Source: Eledone cirrhosa
Lineage: Eukaryota
Length of the DNA: 64,000 nucleotides
Direction of reading: 5' to 3'
Assembly (NCBI GenBank): GCA_964016885.1
Contig: OZ024741.1
Location: 249,736,001 to 249,800,000, forward strand
Below, piece after piece: positions 39,901 through 53,000 of the stretch. The notes beneath the pieces are model-generated. The model ran no database searches and had not been told where the DNA came from. It was given only the letters and a program-made list of their open reading frames with translations. Position numbers and translations under genes: made by a program. Each line of letters begins with the position of its first letter. The first letter of the stretch is position 1.

Positions 39901-42900
39901 GATAATTTCCAGCCGTCCAAGGGGAGATATTTTCCAGCCGTCCAAGGAGAGGTAATTTCTAGCCGTCCAAGGGGAGATAAGTTCCTGCCTCCAAGGGGAG
40001 ATAATTTCCAGCCAGCCAAGGGGAGATAATTTGTAAAAAAATCAGGGGGAGATAATTTGTAAAAAAAAAATCAGGGGGAGATAATTTGTAAAAAAATCAG
40101 GGGGAGATAATTTGTAAAAAAAAAATCAGGGGGAGATAATTTGTAAAAAAAATCAGGGGGAGATAATTTGTAAAAAAAATCAGAGGTAGATAATTTGTAA
40201 AAAAAATCAGGGGGAGATAATTTGTAAAAAAAATCAGGGGGAGATAATTTGTAAAAAAAATCAGGGGTAGATAATTTTCAGCCCTCCAAGGGGAGATAAT
40301 TTCCATCCTTCCAAGGGGAGATAATTTCCAGCCGTCCAAGGGGAGATAATTTCCCGCCAGCCAAGGAGAGATAACATTTAAAAAAATCAGGCGGAGATAA
40401 TTTGTAAAAAAAATCAGGGGGAGATAATTTGTAAAAAAATTAGGGGGAGATAATTTGTAAAAAAAATCAGGGGTAGATAATTTCCAGCCGTCCAAGGGGA
40501 GATAATTTCCATCCTTCCAAGGGGAGATAATTTCCAGCCGTCCAAGGGGAGATAATTTCCCGCCAGCCAAGGAGAGATAATATTTAAAAAAATCAGGCGG
40601 AGATAATTTGTAAAAAAAATCAGGGGGAGATAATTTGTAAAAAAATCAGGGGGAGATAATTTGTAAAAAAAAATCAGGGGGAGATAATTTGTAAAAAAAA
40701 TCAGGGGGAGATAATTTGTAAAAAAAAATCAGGGGTAGATAATTTGTAAAAAAAAATCAGGTGGAGATAATTTGTAAAAAAAAATCAGGGGGAGATAATT
40801 TGTAAAAAAATCAAGGGGAGATAATTTCCAGCCGTCCAAGGGGAGATAATTTTCAGCCGTCCAAGGAGAGGTAATTTCTAGCCGTCCAAGGGGAGATAAT
40901 TTCCAGCCGTCCAAGGGGAGATAATTTTTTTTTAAAAATCAGGCGGAGATAATTTGTAAACAAAAATCAGGGGGAGATAATTTGTAAAAAAAAATCAGGG
41001 GGAGATAAATTGTAAAAAAAAATCAGGGGGAGATAATTTGTAAAAAAAATCAAGGGGAGATAATTTCCAGCCGTCCAAGGGGAGGTAATATCTAGCCATC
41101 CAAGGGGAGATAATTTCCAGCCGTCCAAGGGGAGATAATTTCCAGCCGTCCAAGGGGAGATAATATCCAGCCGTCCAAGGAGACATATTTTCCAGCCGTC
41201 CAAGGAGACGTAATTTCTAGCCGTCCAAGGGGAGATAAGTTCCAGCCTCCAAGGGGAGATAATTTCCAGCCAGCCAAGGGGAGATAATTTGTAAAAAAAT
41301 TAGGGGGAGATAATTTGTAAAAAAAAATTAGGGGGAGATAATTTGTAAAAAAAAATCAGGGGGAGATAATTTGTAAAAAAAAATCAGGGGGAGATAATTT
41401 GTAAAAAAAAATCAGGGGGAGATAATTTGTAAAAAAAAAATCAGGCGGAGATAATTTGTAAAAAAATCAAGGGGAGATAATTTCCAGCCGTCCAAGGGGA
41501 GATAATTTTCAGCCGTCCAAGGAGAGGTAATTTCTAGCCGTCCAAGGGGAGATAATTTCCAGCCGTCCAAGGGGAGATAATTTTTTTAAAAAAATCAGGC
41601 GGAGATAATTTGTAAACAAAAATCAGGGGGAGATAATTTGTAAAAAAAATCAGGGGGAGATAATTTGTAAAAAAAATCAGGGGGAGATAATTTGTAAAAA
41701 AAATCAAGGGGAGATAATTTGTAAAAAAAAATCAGGGGTAGATAATTTGTAAAAAAAAATCAGGGGGAGATAATTTGTAAAAAAAAAATCAGGGGGAGAT
41801 AATTTGTAAAAAAATCAAGGGGAGATAATTTCCAGCCGTCCAAGGGGAGATAATTTTAAGCCGTCCAAGGAGAGGTAATTTCTAGCCGTCCAAGGGGAGA
41901 TAATCTCCAGCCAGCCAAGGGGAGATAATTTGTAAAAAAATCAGGGGTAGATAATTTGTAAAAAAAAATCAGGGGGAGATAATTTGTAAAAAAAATCAGG
42001 GGGAGATAATTTGTAAAAAAAATCAGGGGTAGATAATTTCCAGCCGTCCAAGGGGAGATAATTTCCATCCTTCCAAGGGGAGATAATTTCCAGCCGTCCA
42101 AGGGGAGATAATTTCCCGCCAGCCAAGGAGAGATAACATTTAAAAAAATCAGGCGGAGATAATTTGTAAAAAAAATCAGGGGGAGATAATTTGTAAAAAA
42201 ATCAGGGGGAGATAATTTGTAAAAAAAATCAGGGGTAGATAATTTCCAGCCGTCCAAGGGGAGATAATTTCCATCCTTCCAAGGGGAGATAATTTCCAGC
42301 CGTCCAAGGGGAGATAATTTCCCGCCAGCCAAGGAGAGATAATATTTAAAAAAATCAGGCGGAGATAATTTGAAAAAAAAAATCAGGGGAGATAATTTGT
42401 AAAAAAAATCAGGGGGTGATAATTTGTAAAAAAAATCAGGGGTAGATAATTTGTAAAAAAAAATCAGGGGGAGATAATTTGTAAAAAAAAAATCAGGGGG
42501 AGATAATTTGTAAAAAAATCAAGGGGAGATAATTTCCAACCGTCCAAGGGGAGATAATTTTCAGCCGTCCAAGGAGGTAATTTCTAGCCGTCCAAGGGGA
42601 GATAATTTCCAGCCGTCCAAGGGGAGATAATTTTTTTAAAAAAATCAGGCGGAGATAATTTGTAAACAAAAATCAGGGGGAGATAATTTGTAAAAAAAAA
42701 TCAGGGGGAGATAATTTGTAAAAAAAATCAAGGGGAGATAATTTCCAGCCGTCCAAGGGGAGGTAATATCTAGCCATCCAAAGGGAGATAATTTCCAGCC
42801 GTCCAAGGGGAGATAATTTCCAGCCGTCCAAGGGGAGATAATATCCAGCCGTCCAAGGAGACATATTTTCCAGCCGTCCAAGGAGAGGTAATTTCTAGCC

Positions 42901-44013
42901 GTCCAAGGGGAGATAAGTTCCAGCCTCCAAGGGGAGATAATTTCCAGCCAGCCAAGGGGAGATAATTTGTAAAAAAATCAGGGGGAGATAATTTGTAAAA
43001 AAAAAATCAGGGGGAGATAATTTGTAAAAAAATCAGGGGTAGATAATTTGTAAAAAAAAAATCAGGGGGAGATAATTTGTAGAAAAAATCAGGGGTTGAT
43101 AATTTGTAAAAAAAATCAGGGGGAGATAATTTGTAAAAAAAATCAGGGGGAGATAATTTGTAAAAGAAATCAGGGGTAGATAATTTTCAGTCGTCCAAGG
43201 GGAGATAATTTCCATCCTTCCAAGGGGAGATAATTTCCAGCCGTCCAAGGGGAGATAATTTCCCGCCAGCCAAGGAGAGATAACATTTAAAAAAATCAGG
43301 CGGAGATAATTTGTAAAAAAAATCAGGGGGAGATAATTTGTAAAAAAATCAGGGGGAGATAATTTGTAAAAAAAATCAGGGGTAGATAATTTCCAGCCGT
43401 CCAAGGGGAGATAATTTCCATCCTTCCAAGGGGAGATAATTTCCAGCCGTCCAAGGGGAGATAATTTCCCGCCAGCCAAGGAGAGATAATATTTAAAAAA
43501 ATCAGGCGGAGATAATTTGTAAAAAAAATCAGGGGGAGATAATTTGTAAAAAAATCAGGGGGAGATAATTTGTAAAAAAAAATCAGGGGGAGATAATTTG
43601 TAAAAAAAATCAGGGGGAGATAATTTGTAAAAAAAAATCAGGGGTAGATAATTTGTAAAAAAAAATCAGGGGGAGATAATTTGTAAAAAAAAATCAGGAG
43701 GAGATAATTTGTAAAAAAATCAAAGGGAGATAATTTCCAGCCGTCCAAGGGGAGATAATTTTCAGCCGTCCAAGGAGAGGTAATTTCTAGCCGTCCAAGG
43801 GGAGATAATTTCCAGCCGTCCAAGGGGAGATAATTTTTTTAAAAAAATCAGGCGGAGATAATTTGTAAACAAAAATCAGGGGGAGATAATTTGTAAAAAA
43901 AAATCAGGGGGAGATAATTTGTAAAAAAAAATCAGGGGGAGATAATTTGTAAAAAAAATCAAGGGGAGATAATTTCCAGCCGTCCAAGGGGAGGTAATAT
44001 CTAGCCATCCAAG

Positions 44014-47000
44014 GGGAGATAATTTCCAGCCGTCCAAGGGGAGATAATTTCCAGCCGTCCAAGGGGAGATAATATCCAGCCGTCCAAGGAGACATATTTT
44101 CCAGCCGTCCAAGGAGAGGTAATTTCTAGCCGTCCAAGGGGAGATAAGTTCCAGCCTCCAAGGGGAGATAATTTCCAGCCAGCCAAGGGGAGATAATTTG
44201 TAAAAAAATCAGGGGGAGATAATTTGTAAAAAAAAAATCAGGGGGAGATAATTTGTAAAAAAATCAGGGGGAGATAATTTGTAAAAAAAAATCAGGGGGA
44301 GATAATTTGTAAAAAAAATCAGGGGGAGATAATTTGTAAAAAAAATCAGGGGTAGATAATTTGTAAAAAAAATCAGGGGGAGATAATTTGTAAAAAAATC
44401 AGGGGGAGATAATTTGTAAAAAAAATCAGGGGTAGATAATTTCCAGCCGTCCAAGGGGAGATAATTTCCATCCTTCCAAGGGGAGATAATTTCCAGCCGT
44501 CCAAGGGGAGATAATTTCCCGCCAGCCAAGGAGAGATAATATTTAAAAAAATCAGGCGGAGATAATTTGTAAAAAAAATCAGGGGGAGATAATTTGTAAA
44601 AAAATCAGGCGGAGATAATTTGTAAAAAAAAATCAGGGGGAGATAATTTGTAAAAAAAATCAGGGGGAGATAATTTGTAAAAAAAAATCAGGGGTAGATA
44701 ATTTGTAAAAAAAAATCAGGGGGAGATAATTTGTAAAAAAATCAAGGGGAGATAATTTCCAGCCGTCCAAGGGGAGATAATTTTCAGCCGTCCAAGGAGA
44801 GGTAATTTCTAGCCGTCCAAGGGGAGATAATTTCCAGCCGTCCAAGGGGAGATAATTTTTTAAAAAAATCAGGCGGAGATAATTTGTAAACAAAAATCAG
44901 GGGGAGATAATTTGTAAAAAAAAATCAGGGGGAGATAATTTGTAAAAAAAAATCAGGGGGAGATAATTTGTAAAAAAAATCAAGGGGAGATAATTTCCAG
45001 CCGTCCAAGGGGAGGTAATATCTAGCCATCCAAGGGGAGATAATTTCCAGCCGTCCAAGGGGAGATAATTTCCAGCCGTCCAAGGGGAGATAATATCCAG
45101 CCGTCCAAGGAGACATATTTTCCAGCCGTCCAAGGAGACGTAATTTCTAGCCGTCCAAGGGGAGATAAGTTCCAGCCTCCAAGGGGAGATAATTTCCAGC
45201 CAGCCAAGGGGAGATAATTTGTAAAAAAATTAGGGGGAGATAATTTGTAAAAAAAAATTAGGGGGAGATAATTTGTAAAAAAAAATCAGGGGGAGATAAT
45301 TTGTAAAAAAAAATCAGGGGGAGATAATTTGTAAAAAAAATCAAGGGGAGATAATTTCCAGCCGTCCAAGGGGAGATAATTTTCAGCCGTCCAAGGAGAG
45401 GTAAATTCTAGCCGTCCAAGGAGATATAATTTCCAGCCGTCCAAGGGGAGATAATTTCCAGCCGTCCAAGGGGAGATAATTTTTAAAAAAAAATCAGGCG
45501 GAGATAATTTGTAAACAAAAATCAGGGGGAGATAATTTTTAAAAAAAAATCAGGGGGAGATAATTTGTAAAAAAAAATCAGGGGGAGATAATTTGTAAAA
45601 AAAATCAAGGGGAGATAATTTCCAGCCGTCCAAGGGGAGGTAATATCTAGCCATCCAAGGGGAGATAATTTCCAGCCGTCCAAGGGGAGATAATTTCCAG
45701 CCGTCCAAGGGGAGATAATATCCAGCCGTCCAAGGAGACATATTTTCCAGCCGTCCAAGGAGAGGTAATTTCTAGCCGTCCAAGGGGAGATAAGTTCCAG
45801 CCTCCAAGGGGAGATAATTTCCAGCCAGCCAAGGGGAGATAATTTGTAAAAAATATCAAGGGGAGATAATTTCCAGCCCTCCAAGGGGTTATAATTTCCA
45901 GCCGTGCAAGGGGAGATAATTTCCAGCCGTCCAAGGGGAGATAATTTCCATCCTTCCAAGGGGAGATAATTTCCAGCCGTCCAAGGGGAGATAATTTCCC
46001 GCCAGCCAAGGGAAGATAATTTTTTAAAAAATCAGGCGGAGATTGTAAAAAAAATCAGGGGGAGATAATTTGTAAAAAAAATCAGGGGGAGATAATTTGT
46101 AAAAAAAATCAGGGGGAGATAATTTGTAAAAAAAATCAGGGGTAGATAATTTTCAGCCGTCCAAGGGGAGATAATTTCCATCCTTCCAAGGGGAGATAAT
46201 TTCCAGCCGTCCAAGGGGAGATAATTTCCAGCCAGCCAAGGAGAGATAACATTTAAAAAAATCAGGCGGAGATAATTTGTAAAAAAAATCAGGGGGAGAT
46301 AATTTGTAAAAAAATCAGGGGGAGATAATTTGTAAAAAAAATCAGGGGTAGATAATTTCCAGCCGTCCAAGGGGAGATAATTTCCATCCTTCCAAGGGGA
46401 GATAATTTCCAGCCGTCCAAGGGGAGATAATTTCCCGCCAGCCAAGGAGAGATAATATTTAAAAAAATCAGGCGGAGATAATTTGTAAAAAAAATCAGGG
46501 GGAGATAATTTGTAAAAAAATCAGGGGGAGATAATTTGTAAAAAAAAATCAGGGGGAGATAATTTGTAAAAAAAATCAGGGGGAGATAATTTGTAAAAAA
46601 AAATCAGGGGTAGATAATTTGTAAAAAAAAATCAGGGGGAGATAATTTGTAAAAAAAAAATCAGGGGGAGATAATTTGTAAAAAAATCAAGGGGAGATAA
46701 TTTCCAGCCGTCCAAGGGGAGATAATTTTCAGCCGTCCAAGGAGAGGTAATTTCTAGCCGTCCAAGGGGAGATAATTTCCAGCCGTCCAAGGGGAGATAA
46801 TTTTTTTAAAAAAATCAGGCGGAGATAATTTGTAAACAAAAATCAGGGGGAGATAATTTGTAAAAAAAAATCAGGGGGAGATAATTTGTAAAAAAAAATC
46901 AGGGGGAGATAATTTGTAAAAAAAATCAAGGGGAGATAATTTCCAGCCGTCCAAGGGGAGGTAATATCTAGCCATCCAAGGGGAGATAATTTCCAGCCGT

Positions 47001-50000
47001 CCAAGGGGAGATAATTTCCAGCCGTCCAAGGGGAGATAATATCCAGCCGTCCAAGGAGACATATTTTCCAGCCGTCCAAGGAGACGTAATTTCTAGCCGT
47101 CCAAGGGGAGATAAGTTCCAGCCTCCAAGGGGAGATAATTTCCAGCCAGCCAAGGGGAGATAATTTGTAAAAAAATTAGGGGGAGATAATTTGTAAAAAA
47201 AAATTAGGGGGAGATAATTTGTAAAAAAAATCAGGGGGAGATAATTTGTAAAAAAAAATCAGGGGGAGATAATTTGTAAAAAAAATCAAGGGGAGATAAT
47301 TTCCAGCCGTCCAAGGGGAGATAATTTTCAGCCGTCCAAGGAGAGGTAAATTCTAGCCGTCCAAGGAGATATAATTTCCAGCCGTCCAAGGGGAGATAAT
47401 TTCCAGCCGTCCAAGGGGAGATAATTTTTTAAAAAAAATCAGGCGGAGATAATTTGTAAACAAAAATCAGGGGGAGATAATTTTTTAAAAAAAATCAGGG
47501 GGAGATAATTTGTAAAAAAAAATCAGGGGGAGATAATTTGTAAAAAAAATCAAGGGGAGATAATTTCCAGCCGTCCAAGGGGAGGTAATATCTAGCCATC
47601 CAAGGGGAGATAATTTCCAGCCGTCCAAGGGGAGATAATTTCCAGCCGTTCAAGGGGAGATAATATCCAGCCGTCCAAGGAGACATATTTTCCAGCCGTC
47701 CAAGGAGAGGTAATTTCTAGCCGTCCAAGGGGAGATAAGTTCCAGCCTCCAAGGGGAGATAATTTCCAGCCAGCCAAGGGGAGATAATTTGTAAAAAAAT
47801 CAGGGGGGAGATAATTTGTAAAAAAAATCAGGGGGAGATAATTTGAAAAAAAAATCAGGGGGAGATAATTTGTAAAAAATATCAAGGGGAGATAATTTCC
47901 AGCCCTCCAAGGGGCTATAATTTCCAGCCGTGCAAGGGGAGATAATTTCCAGCCGTCCAAGGGGAGATAATTTCCATCCTTCCAAGGGGAGATAATTTCC
48001 AGCCGTCCAAGGGGAGATAATTTCCCGCCAGCCAAGGGAAGATAATTTTTTAAAAAATCAGGCGGAGATTGTAAAAAAAATCAGGGGGAGATAATTTGTA
48101 AAAAAATCAGGGGGAGATAATTTGTAAAAAAAAAATCAGGGGGAGATAATTTGTAAAAAAAAATCAGGGGGAGATAATTTGTAAAAAAAATCAGGGGGAG
48201 ATAATTTGTAAAAAAAATCAGGGGTAGATAATTTGTAAAAAAAATCAGGGGGAGATAATTTGTAAAAAAAATCAGGGGGAGATAATTTGTAAAAAAAATC
48301 AGGGGTAGATAATTTTCAGCCGTCCAAGGGGAGATAATTTCCATCCTTCCAAGGGGAGATAATTTCCAGCCGTCCAAGGGGAGATAATTTCCCGCCAGCC
48401 AAGGAGAGATAATATTTAAAAAAATCAGGCGGAGATAATTTGTAAAAAAAATCAGGGGGAGATAATTTGTAAAAAAATCAGGGGGAGATAATTTGTAAAA
48501 AAAAATCAGGGGGAGATAATTTGTAAAAAAAAATCAGGGGTAGATAATTTCCAGCCGTCCAAGGGGAGATAATTTCCATCCTTCCAAGGGGAGATAATTT
48601 CCAGCCGTCCAAGGGGAGATAATTTCCCGCCAGCCAAGGAGAGATAATATTTAAAAAAATCAGGCGGAGATAATTTGTAAAAAAAATCAGGGGGAGATAA
48701 TTTGTAAAAAAATCAGGGGGAGATAATTTGTAAAAAAAAATCAGGGGGAGATAATTTGTAAAAAAAAATCAGGGGGAGATAATTTGTAAAAAAAAATCAG
48801 GGGTAGATAATTTGTAAAAAAAAATCAGGGTGAGATAATTTGTAAAAGAAAAATCAGGGGGAGATAATTTGTAAAAAAATCAAGGGGAGATAATTTCCAG
48901 CCGTCCAAGGGGAGATAATTTTCAGCCGTCCAAGGAGAGGTAATTTCTAGCCGTCCAAGGGGAGATAATTTCCAGCCGTCCAAGGGGAGATAGTTTTTTT
49001 AAAAAAATCAGGCGGAGATAATTTGTAAACAAAAATCAGGGGGAGATAATTTGTAAAAAAAAATCAGGGGGAGATAATTTGTAAAAAAAAATCAGGGGGA
49101 GATAATTTGTAAAAAAAATCAAGGGGAGATAATTTGTCAAAAAAAATCAGGGGTAGATAATTTGTAAAAAAAAATCAGGGGGAGATAATTTGTAAAAAAA
49201 AAATCAGGGGGAGATAATTTGTAAAAAAATCAAGGGGAGATAATTTCCAGCCGTCCAAGGGGAGATAATTTTCAGCCGTCCAAGGAGAGGTAATTTCTAG
49301 CCGTCCAAGGGGAGATAATTTCCAGCCAGCCAAGGGGAGATAATTTGTAAAAAAATCAGGGGTAGATAATTTGTAAAAAAAAATCAGGGGGAGATAATTT
49401 GTAAAAAAAATCAGGGGGAGATAATTTGTAAAAAAAATCAGGGGTAGATAATTTCCAGCCGTCCAAGGGGAGATAATTTCCATCCTTCCAAGGGGAGATA
49501 ATTTCCAGCCGTCCAAGGGGAGATAATTTCCCGCCAGCCAAGGAGAGATAACATTTAAAAAAATCAGGCGGAGATAATTTGTAAAAAAAATCAGGGGGAG
49601 ATAATTTGTAAAAAAATCAGGGGGAGATAATTTGTAAAAAAAATCAGGGGTAGATAATTTCCAGCCGTCCAAGGGGAGATAATTTCCATCCTTCCAAGGG
49701 GAGATAATTTCCAGCCGTCCAAGGGGAGATAATTTCCCGCCAGCCAAGGAGAGATAATATTTAAAAAAATCAGGCGGAGATAATTTGTAAAAAAAATCAG
49801 GGGGAGATAATTTGTAAAAAAATCAGGGGGAGATAATTTGTAAAAAAAAATCAGGGGAGATAATTTGTAAAAAAAATCAGGGGGAGATAATTTGTAAAAA
49901 AAAATCAGGGGTAGATAATTTGTAAAAAAAAATCAGGGGGAGATAATTTGTAAAAAAAAAATCAGGGGGAGATAATTCGTAAAAAAATCAAGGGGAGATA

Positions 50001-53000
50001 ATTTCCAGCCGTCCAAGGGGAGATAATTTTCAGCCGTCCAAGGAGGTAATTTCTAGCCGTCCAAGGGGAGATAATTTCCAGCCGTCCAAGGGGAGATAAT
50101 TTTTTTAAAAAAATCAGGCGGAGATAATTTGTAAACAAAAATCAGGGGGAGATAATTTGTAAAAAAAAATCAGGGGGAGATAATTTGTAAAAAAAAATCA
50201 GGGGGAGATAATTTGTAAAAAAAATCAAGGGGAGATAATTTCCAGCCGTCCAAGGGGAGGTAATATCTAGCCATCCAAGGGGAGATAATTTCCAGCCGTC
50301 CAAGGGGAGATAATTTCCAGCCGTCCAAGGGGAGATAATATCCAGCCGTCCAAGGAGACATATTTTCCAGCCGTCCAAGGAGAGGTAATTTCTAGCCGTC
50401 CAAGGGGAGATAAGTTCCAGCCTCCAAGGGGAGATAATTTCCAGCCAGCCAAGGGGAGATAATTTGTAAAAAAATCAGGGGGAGATAATTTGTAAAAAAA
50501 AAATCAGGGGCAGATAATTTGTAAAAAAATCAGGGGGAGATAATTTGTAAAAAAAATCAGGGGGAGATAATTTGTAGAAAAAATCAGGGGTAGATAATTT
50601 GTAAAAAAAATCAGGGGGAGATAATTTGTAAAAAAAATCAGGGGGAGATAATTTGTAAAAAAAATCAGGGGTAGATAATTTTCAGCCGTCCAAGGGGAGA
50701 TAATTTCCATCCTTCCAAGGGGAGATAATTTCCAGCCGTCCAAGGGGAGATAATTTCCCGCCAGCCAAGGAGAGATAACATTTTAAAAAATCAGGCGGAG
50801 ATAATTTGTAAAAAAAATCAGGGGGAGATAATTTGTAAAAAAATCAGGGGGAGATAATTTGTAAAAAAAATCAGGGGTAGATAATTTCCAGCCGTCCAAG
50901 GGGAGATAATTTCCATCCTTCCAAGGGGAGATAATTTCCAGCCGTCCAAGGGGAGATAATTTCCCGCCAGCCAAGGAGAGATAATATTTAAAAAAATCAG
51001 GCGGAGATAATTTGTAAAAAAAATCAGGTGGAGATAATTTGTAAAAAAATCAGGGGGAGATAATTTGTAAAAAAAAATCAGGGGGAGATAATTTGTAAAA
51101 AAAATCAGGGGGAGATAATTTGTAAAAAAAATCAGGGGTAGATAATTTGTAAAAAAAAATCAGGGGGAGATAATTTGTAAAAAAAAAATCAGGGGGAGAT
51201 AATTTGTAAAAAAATCAAGGGGAGATAATTTCCAGCCGTCCAAGGGGAGATAATTTTCAGCCGTCCAAGGAGAGGTAATTTCTAGCCGTCCAAGGGGAGA
51301 TAATTTCCAGCCGTCCAAGGGGAGATAATTTTTTTAAAAAAATCAGGCGGAGATAATTTGTAAACAAAAATCAGGGGGAGATAATTTGTAAAAAAAAATC
51401 AGGGGGAGATAATTTGTAAAAAAAAATCAGGGGGAGATAATTTGTAAAAAAAATCAAGGGGAGATAATTTCCAGCCGTCCAAGGGGAGGTAATATCTAGC
51501 CATCCAAGGGGAGATAATTTCCAGCCGTCCAAGGGGAGATATTTTCCAGCCGTCCAAGGAGAGGTAATTTCTAGCCGTCCAAGGGGAGATAAGTTCCTGC
51601 CTCCAAGGGGAGATAATTTCCAGCCAGCCAAGGGGAGATAATTTGTAAAAAAATCAGGGGGAGATAATTTGTAAAAAAAAAATCAGGGGGAGATAATTTG
51701 TAAAAAAATCAGGGGGAGATAATTTGTAAAAAAAAAATCAGGGGGAGATAATTTGTAAAAAAAATCAGGGGGAGATAATTTGTAAAAAAAATCAGGGGTA
51801 GATAATTTGTAAAAAAAATCAGGGGGAGATAATTTGTAAAAAAAATCAGGGGGAGATAATTTGTAAAAAAAATCAGGGGTAGATAATTTTCAGCCCTCCA
51901 AGGGGAGATAATTTCCAGCCGTCCAAGGGGAGATAATTTCCCGCCAGCCAAGGAGAGATAACATTTAAAAAAATCAGGCGGAGATAATTTGTAAAAAAAA
52001 TCAGGGGGAGATAATTTGTAAAAAAATTAGGGGGAGATAATTTGTAAAAAAAATCAGGGGTAGATAATTTCCAGCCGTCCAAGGGGAGATAATTTCCATC
52101 CTTCCAAGGGGAGATAATTTCCAGCCGTCCAAGGGGAGATAATTTCCCGCCAGCCAAGGAGAGATAATATTTAAAAAAATCAGGCGGAGATAATTTGTAA
52201 AAAAAATCAGGGGGAGATAATTTGTAAAAAAATCAGGGGGAGATAATTTGTAAAAAAAAATCAGGGGGAGATAATTTGTAAAAAAAATCAGGGGGAGATA
52301 ATTTGTAAAAAAAAATCAGGGGTAGATAATTTGTAAAAAAAAATCAGGGGGAGATAATTTGTAAAAAAAAATCAGGGGGAGATAATTTGTAAAAAAATCA
52401 AGGGGAGATAATTTCCAGCCGTCCAAGGGGAGATAATTTTCAGCCGTCCAAGGAGAGGTAATTTCTAGCCGTCCAAGGGGAGAGAATTTCCAGCCGTCCA
52501 AGGGGAGATAATTTTTTTAAAAAAATCAGGCGGAGATAATTTGTAAACAAAAATCAGGGGGAGATAATTTGTAAAAAAAAATCAGGGGGAGATAATTTGT
52601 AAAAAAAAATCAGGGGGAGATAATTTGTAAAAAAAATCAAGGGGAGATAATTTCCAGCCGTCCAAGGGGAGGTAATATCTAGCCATCCAAGGGGAGATAA
52701 TTTCCAGCCGTCCAAGGGGAGATAATTTCCAGCCGTCCAAGGGGAGATAATATCCAGCCGTCCAAGGAGACATATTTTCCAGCCGTCCAAGGAGACGTAA
52801 TTTCTAGCCGTCCAAGGGGAGATAAGTTCCAGCCTCCAAGGGGAGATAATTTCCAGCCAGCCAAGGGGAGATAATTTGTAAAAAAATTAGGGGGAGATAA
52901 TTTGTAAAAAAAAATTAGGGGGAGATAATTTGTAAAAAAAAATCAGGGGGAGATAATTTGTAAAAAAAAATCAGGGGGAGATAATTTGTAAAAAAAAATC

